From positions 1 through 32,530 of IMG/VR virus record IMGVR_UViG_3300037722_000994: 32,530 nucleotides of DNA; one strand, 5' to 3'. The notes under the pieces are model-generated. The model was not told the origin of the DNA. It worked only from the letters and a program-made list of their open reading frames with translations, and searched no databases. Positions 26,324-32,530 of this stretch are shown here, piece after piece (the stretch's first letter is position 1; every line of letters starts with the position of its first letter). The translations under genes and the position numbers were made by a program. This DNA comes from a virus (taxonomy: Duplodnaviria; Caudoviricetes).

Positions 26324-27802
26324 TTATTTCTGATCCCAGTTCATTTTCGGTGCGGACAACGGCTCAACCTTCGTTTCTTCATTTCCAGTTTTTGCCGGAG
26401 CCGGGGCATCACCTGCGTTTGCCGCGAAACTTGTTGCTGCTGCTGCCGGGGCGGCGTTGCCCGCCAACTTGGCAAGGGCGGTCAATTCATCAAGGCTCTT
26501 GGCCTGCAAAACCTCGTCAGTAAACGGGTTGGCAGTGTTGGCCTTGATGGTAGTCATCGCCTTGGTGCGGGCTTCGTTGTGGGCTGCGATCCCCATCTCA
26601 ACTTTGGGCTTGAGCTCGGGGGAGGCGGCAGCCAGCAGGGCTTCCTCGGTATCAATCACAACCGGGGCAGGGGTGGAGTTTTCGGCAGGGCGTGCAACGA
26701 GTGCCTCAACAGCGGCAAACGGTGTACACTCCATATTCTCCAGCAACTCCCGATCGGTTTCGGCAAAGCCTGCATTGGCCGCAAGCAGTGCGTCCACCTT
26801 CGCTTTACGCTCAGGCGTGTTTTTCATCTTTTCGTCTCCTTCCTTTTGGTTAATGGACAACGTTGCGGCCTTTCCACAACCACATCCGGGGGTTTTACCT
26901 TCTCCATCGGGGCGCTCGGTTTCTTCGTTACCAACAGGCTTGAAAGTACGCTCTTCCATCACTTCCTGCATATCGTTGTCAAGCACCACGTTGCCTGCAT
27001 TATCCATGGTATAGCCACGCTTGTAAAACTTGCGGCTCATACCGGGTGCGGCCTGTCCACCGGGCACAACCTCATAAATAACGCTGTTTTCAAACACTGC
27101 GACGCAGTAGTTGATAGCAACGGGGCTATCCAAATTGTCGATTGTGTCGCGAACCTTGTTTACACGGTTACGAAGGTCCTCGTTTTCCCCAACCACATTG
27201 ATTACGGGTTGATACTTGGCCATGGTGTCATCTCCATTTTGTTGGTTGAGCCGTACACCACAGCCATCGGCCCAACTACAAGCCCCTTGTCCACCGGGCA
27301 GCAGCGCAAGGTGATCGGGGCGGTGCCTGCGTGCAACAGCAATATACTGCTCATCGTTCCAAGTGCCGTTTGTTGGCTCATCCTCGGTAAATAGTCCGGT
27401 AGAAACTTCAAGGGGTGTATTTGTATCAAAGTGGTGCAGTATTTCAGGGAAGGTGGCTTGGCACTTGTTCCGGTCGACCCAAATCTCGCCACGCAGCCTG
27501 TCGCCATCCAAATGCACGTTGAATAAACGGCCTACACCGACACGGTCAATAACTGCTGGGGAGTTGGCGCTGCCCTCTTCGGGGTGTTGTACAACCACAG
27601 GCACGCCATTCCAAGCGCCTGGGAAAGTAGCAAGCTCTTCTAAGGGGTAAAATAACGGCCCTTGTGAACCGTTGTGTACGCCTTCGCATAGGATAATTAC
27701 AGGAGCTACTATGTGGGGACGGCCATCGTACTGTTCCGTTCTGGTGGACAGTATCATCATCCTGTTACAGACTTGATGATAAATTTCGTGGCGTGTTCTC
27801 AT
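26324..27802 (-). CDS. prohead protease (DUF2213-like) fused to scaffold region
   Basis: W.G.PV...HP, EVSTG and PDHLALLP...GACS..DGCG motifs, followed by an Ala/Glu-rich scaffold-like C-terminus. GAGGAG RBS. Confidence 0.85.
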   Translation of the reverse strand: MRTRHEIYHQVCNRMMILSTRTEQYDGRPHIVAPVIILCEGVHNGSQGPLFYPLEELATFPGAWNGVPVVVQHPEEGSANSPAVIDRVGVGRLFNVHLDGDRLRGEIWVDRNKCQATFPEILHHFDTNTPLEVSTGLFTEDEPTNGTWNDEQYIAVARRHRPDHLALLPGGQGACSWADGCGVRLNQQNGDDTMAKYQPVINVVGENEDLRNRVNKVRDTIDNLDSPVAINYCVAVFENSVIYEVVPGGQAAPGMSRKFYKRGYTMDNAGNVVLDNDMQEVMEERTFKPVGNEETERPDGEGKTPGCGCGKAATLSINQKEGDEKMKNTPERKAKVDALLAANAGFAETDRELLENMECTPFAAVEALVARPAENSTPAPVVIDTEEALLAAASPELKPKVEMGIAAHNEARTKAMTTIKANTANPFTDEVLQAKSLDELTALAKLAGNAAPAAAATSFAANAGDAPAPAKTGNEETKVEPLSAPKMNWDQK

Positions 27803-27826
27803 TATAGTTCTCCTCTAATAGTTAAT

Positions 27827-27868
27827 AAGATACACACTACCGCAAACGAAGTAAATAAAAAATTTATT
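27827..27868 (-). promoter_or_regulatory. candidate sigma70-type promoter upstream of the protease-decoration-capsid genes
   Basis: TTTACT (27855-27850), 17 nt, TATCTT (27832-27827), with an A/T tract just upstream of the -35. Confidence 0.5.
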
Positions 27869-28793
27869 CCTGTGCGTCAGTCAGATCTACAGGAAGCGCC
27901 ATGCAACGACATTGCGGGTGCACCGGAATCATAAACTCGATTTGATCTAGGGTGTAAATACCGGGGCCATGCCCGTTGTCCTTTTTGGATAAGTCGTTGC
28001 ATCGTTGGCAAACCCGACCATCTCTAGCTGTGAGCCACTCGGCAACTATCCGAATGCCCAAAACCCCGGCCTGGCGGTACTCGGCTATTAAAGCCAAGTG
28101 GTGTGCCGCTATAATTTCGGTACGGGCAATTAGAAGAGCACGCTTGACACCAATTTCATCAATTTTACGTGCAACACGACGAGCAATTTCCCTGGGGTGC
28201 ACGCCCTCAGCCAATGCCTCGGCTAGTACCGTGCGCAACTGCAACCGGGTTGTGTCATTCACATTTTTGATGTTTGCAAATGTTCTATTTAGGAGATAGT
28301 CAATTTTATCACTAAATATGGCAGGAGCTATCATAGCCCTTGGTGAAATGTTTTGCGAGTATGGCTCTACAGGCTTACCCATCTTGGCCAACTCAGCACG
28401 GCCTCGACGCATACCTTTTAGAAACGCATAGATTATGAAAATAGAGAACCACATACTTCTGTCAGGTTCCTCAGGAACAGGTTCTCCCGATGGGATACCT
28501 AAGATAACCTCGTCAGAAATATCATCATACCAATCATCAAATTCCTCAACCTGCTGGCTCAATGGCTTGTTTGCAAATTGGCCCGGCTCAGCCGCCTGTT
28601 GTAGAACCAAACTAGCAAAGTCCGTGCGACGTTCAACCAAACCAAAGGCGTCGTTATAGATAATGCTTTCGGCAGCCAAACGCTGTACCCGTTTGTACCG
28701 CTTCCTAAACTCAGCAGCAAACCGAACCCGCATAGTTGTCGTGCGGGTAGGGTCGGCCTGCTGCACCGCGTTACACGTGCATGAAGTCTCCAT
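27864..28793 (-). CDS. SPP1 gp7/Mu gpF-like minor head protein
   Basis: RA.LIARTE, W.TA.D.RVC..C and IPVHPQCRC motifs. Follows the portal gene. Confidence 0.9.
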   Translation of the reverse strand: METSCTCNAVQQADPTRTTTMRVRFAAEFRKRYKRVQRLAAESIIYNDAFGLVERRTDFASLVLQQAAEPGQFANKPLSQQVEEFDDWYDDISDEVILGIPSGEPVPEEPDRSMWFSIFIIYAFLKGMRRGRAELAKMGKPVEPYSQNISPRAMIAPAIFSDKIDYLLNRTFANIKNVNDTTRLQLRTVLAEALAEGVHPREIARRVARKIDEIGVKRALLIARTEIIAAHHLALIAEYRQAGVLGIRIVAEWLTARDGRVCQRCNDLSKKDNGHGPGIYTLDQIEFMIPVHPQCRCMALPVDLTDAQE

Positions 28794-30274
28794 TATGCCG
28801 CCTCTAACTCTTCAGGCTCGTTTAATGCGGCATCGAGTATCTCTTTATCAAGCAAGTCGCCCATGTCGCTCATAGCGTCAGTAATCTTTTTCAGCTTGCT
28901 GCCACCAAAGCCCATGATAAGTTCAACAAACACTTCAGGAGGCATAACCAACTCGCTGTTCAAGCTGTTGCCGTACATCATAAGAGCTTCGCTGCGTAGC
29001 TTGGCTACCTCGGCCTGCTGCTTATCACTAGGAGCAAACAAGTCAGGCCACTCGACCGTGTAATACTCGGCACTGGGCTTATCAAGCACACCGTGTTCCA
29101 CCATACGGTCGATAAACGGGGCCAATATGGTTGGCTCACAAAAGTCAGTACGGCGCTCCTGTACCGTTGTATTCCAGTTATGGGCATCTTGAGTACTTGC
29201 CAACTCACCACGCTCAGAGCCGGTCAGTATCCGTTTTGGTATGGACATTGCACCTGAAATAAGAGTGAGTTGTGTGTCAACAAACTTATCGGGTTCGGCA
29301 ACCTGCGGGGCAAGTGGATTGATCTTTACGCCTTGGGTACGCAATACCCGCCGCAAGTTGTTCTCATACTCATCCATTTGGGATTTCAATGAGTCTTTGC
29401 TTGCTTCTGTCATTTGACTTTCAGGGTCTAAATCAAACTGCATACCGGGGCGGGCACCACGCCAATACATTTCAGCACTACCACCGGCAACCTTTTCCAA
29501 GTCCATAAGGCGGTTAAACACTGATTTCAAACGGGGCACCCCGTAAATGGGGCTTTCGGTAAGGCCGTCGAGCACGTGGATTACACGTGACCAATGGATG
29601 TTCATGGTTCCTGTAATGCTTTCGTTAGCGTTTTTCTTAATTTCCTCTTTTTCACCTTTGTTGTTGTAGGTGTAACTGATCGCCGGGGATTTTTTAACCG
29701 TGTATTTATCAGGCATACCATAACGTGGGTTATTCACATCGGTTATAGTACTGCCAATGGTAATACTGCACTCGCCATAGGCCCGCACATAGGCCAATTT
29801 GCGGCCAGGTTTACGCTCAACGGGCTTACTCAGGTCCGAATCGCCCTCGTAGCCTAGTACCAACACCGCAAAGCGCCCTAAACCCGCAAATCGGTCAACA
29901 TCCTGGAATTTACCGAACAGGTTTAAGCGGCGGTCTCGAAGTAAACTAAGCCAATCCTTCTCGAACTTGGTACCTTCCTTTTCCCCGGCTTGCCCATCTC
30001 CATCTACAATCTTGGGTATGCCCCGCCAACTGGCACTCACCGGAGCATCGATGAGCCGTTGGGCAATGTCTTGTCGAGCATACCGGGCATAATAATGATC
30101 ATAAGATAGTTCGTTGTCGGCAATGTATCCAAGGGCCGCGTACAAATCACGGTTTCCATTGAAGCTCTTGCCAAGGTGTTGTGATAGGACTGCACGGGAA
30201 ACAAGTGTCGAAAGTGCCTGGAAACGGACAGAGTCTAACTGTTGGGCATTCTCTACCGGTTGATTTTTTCGCAT
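28793..30274 (-). CDS. portal protein (DUF1073-like)
   Basis: 493 aa after TerL. Y.R..IA.R.ID.P, PRYG.P..Y, IHWSRVIH, IP.RIL.G...GE.AS..D..NW and WPDL motifs. Confidence 0.9.
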   Translation of the reverse strand: MRKNQPVENAQQLDSVRFQALSTLVSRAVLSQHLGKSFNGNRDLYAALGYIADNELSYDHYYARYARQDIAQRLIDAPVSASWRGIPKIVDGDGQAGEKEGTKFEKDWLSLLRDRRLNLFGKFQDVDRFAGLGRFAVLVLGYEGDSDLSKPVERKPGRKLAYVRAYGECSITIGSTITDVNNPRYGMPDKYTVKKSPAISYTYNNKGEKEEIKKNANESITGTMNIHWSRVIHVLDGLTESPIYGVPRLKSVFNRLMDLEKVAGGSAEMYWRGARPGMQFDLDPESQMTEASKDSLKSQMDEYENNLRRVLRTQGVKINPLAPQVAEPDKFVDTQLTLISGAMSIPKRILTGSERGELASTQDAHNWNTTVQERRTDFCEPTILAPFIDRMVEHGVLDKPSAEYYTVEWPDLFAPSDKQQAEVAKLRSEALMMYGNSLNSELVMPPEVFVELIMGFGGSKLKKITDAMSDMGDLLDKEILDAALNEPEELEAA

Positions 30275-30275
30275 G

Positions 30276-31718
30276 TTACCATCCTCCTGTAACCCGTTTA
30301 GCGGTTAAATGTTTAAAAGCCGCAGAGCTTGCGTCAACTTGGTCTTTATATCTACTATTTGGGAACATGCGTACCTCATTCAAGTACGTTTTATTCCATG
30401 GTGCACGCTGTAATATCACGTTTCCCATGTTAACTTGAGAGCTAAATGGGTATGCCCTGATTTCCTTGTTTCCTGTCGGCCTGTCAACTATAACATAAAA
30501 GCCCGCTAAATTGCGCACAGTATTTTCCGCGCTCTCTTTTCCACCAGAACCCGGCTCTTGCTCAACCCCTACCGCACAATTGACCCCATCCATTTCGGCG
30601 GTTTGTTTGATGATACGTTCGCGTACTTCAGATGACCACTGTCCCCGTATCACATCTCCGACAATATACTTCCCGTCTTTGGTTTTTCCCATCTTAACGC
30701 CAACGCTGTAGGCCCCGGCCAAAACCGTACCGGCTTTATCCCAAAACCTAACCCACCCGTTTTCAGGAACCATACCGATAGCGTTTTCATGAATAATAAG
30801 TCTGTCGGCCATGAACAAACCACCCTCGCGAGGCGTAGGGCGCTGTTGAAGTTGGCTGGCGGCACCATAGGGGCCAAGTGCCGTTTCCAAAGTAATCATT
30901 TCATCTTTACCAAACCGCTCAGGCCATAGCAATTCGCCCTCATATGTTCTAGGGTCTTTCCATATGGGGGTTATGCACGGTTCATCAGCCTCAAACCGTG
31001 CCGGTAAGTTTAGGTGTACCCAACCCCCTTTCTCGATAACGTGTCCGGCAAGGTCGTTTTCATGAACACGCTGCTGTATGATAACCATGCGGCCTGTTTT
31101 TGGATTGTTCAGACGTGTGGACATAGCTTCATCCCACCAGGCCAACACGGCTTCACGTTGTGCAACGGATTCAGCTTGGCGCACGTTGTGCGGGTCGTCG
31201 ACCAATATGATGTCACCACCTTCACCCGTAATAGCACCATCTACCGAACTTGCTATACGGTATCCACCTTTATCGTTATCGAAACGTATTTTAGTATTTT
31301 GGTCTGAGGTGAGTTGGAACTTATCCCCCCAATAGTCTTGATAAAGGGGTGACTCTATAACACGGCGGCACTTGGTACTGTCACGAATGGATAGCGTATG
31401 GGCATATGAGGCAAATAGAAACTGTAAGGAGGGGTCGTATTGCCAAGCAAAGGCTGGAAATGCTACTGCTACGGCGATTGATTTCATGTGCCTGGGCGGC
31501 ATGGTTATCAATAACCGCAGTATCTCCCCCCGTAGCACAGCTTCTAGATGGTCACAAATACAGTCGATGTGCATACCATGCGAGTAAGGGGCGGGGTCAA
31601 GGTACTTCCAAAACGTTTTTATGAAATTGGATAACCTACGACCCGATAATTCCTTTTGAACAGCCCGCATCATAGCCGGGTCATTCATCATTTGTTGGAT
31701 AGTGGCTTGTGCGTTCAT
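30276..31718 (-). CDS. terL: terminase large subunit
   Basis: Walker A-like MPPRHMKS, Walker B IILVDDPH, QQR.HE.DL.G, QLQQ.P and nuclease WDKA...DQVDA. Confidence 0.95.
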   Translation of the reverse strand: MNAQATIQQMMNDPAMMRAVQKELSGRRLSNFIKTFWKYLDPAPYSHGMHIDCICDHLEAVLRGEILRLLITMPPRHMKSIAVAVAFPAFAWQYDPSLQFLFASYAHTLSIRDSTKCRRVIESPLYQDYWGDKFQLTSDQNTKIRFDNDKGGYRIASSVDGAITGEGGDIILVDDPHNVRQAESVAQREAVLAWWDEAMSTRLNNPKTGRMVIIQQRVHENDLAGHVIEKGGWVHLNLPARFEADEPCITPIWKDPRTYEGELLWPERFGKDEMITLETALGPYGAASQLQQRPTPREGGLFMADRLIIHENAIGMVPENGWVRFWDKAGTVLAGAYSVGVKMGKTKDGKYIVGDVIRGQWSSEVRERIIKQTAEMDGVNCAVGVEQEPGSGGKESAENTVRNLAGFYVIVDRPTGNKEIRAYPFSSQVNMGNVILQRAPWNKTYLNEVRMFPNSRYKDQVDASSAAFKHLTAKRVTGGW

Positions 31719-31725
31719 ATGAAAC

Positions 31726-32520
31726 TTACCCCTTTTTCACGCTGTGCTCAACATTGAACAACCTGGCAGCCTCAGCAACCTTTTCCAAAGTAGCCGTATC
31801 CAACTCGAGAAGTGCCTTTTCAGGTGTCTTAGCTGTCTCTTGGCCGGGTATGGAATACTCCATTTTATGCGTCTGTTCAACTTTCCGCACGTTCCTCCAC
31901 CGTGTTCCATCGCGGTTCTGCAATAAAAACATCAATGCCGTTGAATCCGGCGCTACTTGCTTGGTGACACGCTCTACAACCACCTCTTCGTACCCTACGA
32001 TAACTTTGTGCGGTGTACCCTTATCATTGAAAACGGTTTCATATCGGGGTACACGCTGACGTTTTACTTCTTCATATGAAAATCCCACTGCCCGCTGCAC
32101 CAAGGCCCGCTCAGCCGTCTTAACCATATGAACCGTCCAACCATTCCTAACGGCGTCGGCAAACAATGGATACCGCCACATCCAAGCCCTGACCGTGTTG
32201 AACGATACTCCAAAGTGCATGGACAATTGATTCATCTCGGCCCCGTGCTCAGCACACAGCAGAAACGCTGCTCTTGGATGGAACTTTAAATCGTATATTC
32301 CAGGCGCTCCTGGTTGCTTCCTATGATCCTTATACTGCGCACAAACTTCATCTATGGACAAATACTCTCCGGTGTCCTTATCCTGGATCTGTACCGTGTC
32401 CAACGGGTTGTTCTCCACCTCAGCCTCAACCATATGGTGCTGCATCGCTGCCTCAACCTCCACACGTAGCGGTTGGTCCGTTATCACACCCTCAAGCACG
32501 GGCGTTTTTTTCCTTGCCAT
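31726..32520 (-). CDS. terS: terminase small subunit
   Basis: HTH-like FGVS..TV..W...YP.F..A, then E.AL..RA.G..YEE and PD..A..F.L.NR....WR. Directly upstream of TerL. Confidence 0.8.
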   Translation of the reverse strand: MARKKTPVLEGVITDQPLRVEVEAAMQHHMVEAEVENNPLDTVQIQDKDTGEYLSIDEVCAQYKDHRKQPGAPGIYDLKFHPRAAFLLCAEHGAEMNQLSMHFGVSFNTVRAWMWRYPLFADAVRNGWTVHMVKTAERALVQRAVGFSYEEVKRQRVPRYETVFNDKGTPHKVIVGYEEVVVERVTKQVAPDSTALMFLLQNRDGTRWRNVRKVEQTHKMEYSIPGQETAKTPEKALLELDTATLEKVAEAARLFNVEHSVKKG

Positions 32521-32530
32521 AGCTGTCTCC

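Noticed and set aside
26457-27394. Plus-strand ORFs of 185 and 271 aa opposite the protease-scaffold gene
   Set aside because: Shadow ORFs; the minus-strand gene has clear motifs and RBS.
28793-30274. Anti-CBASS (Acb1) label sometimes attached to DUF1073 proteins
   Set aside because: Size, motifs and position after TerL identify a portal. I saw no fused 2H phosphodiesterase domain with paired HxT motifs.
1-32530. tRNA, CRISPR array, integrase, intron/intein, or alternative genetic code
   Set aside because: Intergenic gaps are short and show no cloverleaf or repeat-spacer pattern. Genes tile densely under the standard code, and TerL and capsid are uninterrupted.

Overview
The window is a segment of a tailed dsDNA phage (or prophage) genome, siphovirus-like because it has a tail tube and tape measure but no sheath gene. 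Bases 1-2940 (+) hold the end of a DNA-metabolism block: an Mre11/SbcD-type nuclease, a stand-alone C-terminal half of a Rad50/SbcC-type ATPase and a MazG-like protein. This block converges at a hairpin (3020-3067) with a ~29.4 kb minus-strand late region. In transcription order that region encodes terminase S/L, portal, gp7/MuF-like head protein, protease-scaffold, decoration protein, major capsid, head-tail proteins, tail tube, G/GT chaperones (-1 frameshift), tape measure, tail tip, fibre/lectin genes and a lysis cassette. The most striking element lies between the major capsid and head-tail adaptor genes: a tightly coupled cassette (19909-24649) of four glycosyltransferase-like genes from different families, a radical SAM/SPASM-type enzyme, a SAM methyltransferase and a Thr/Pro/Ala-rich protein. 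It is a candidate virion-glycosylation and glycan-tailoring system. All family assignments come from motif recognition by eye and gene order; no database searches were run. No tRNA, rRNA, CRISPR array, integrase or transposase was seen.
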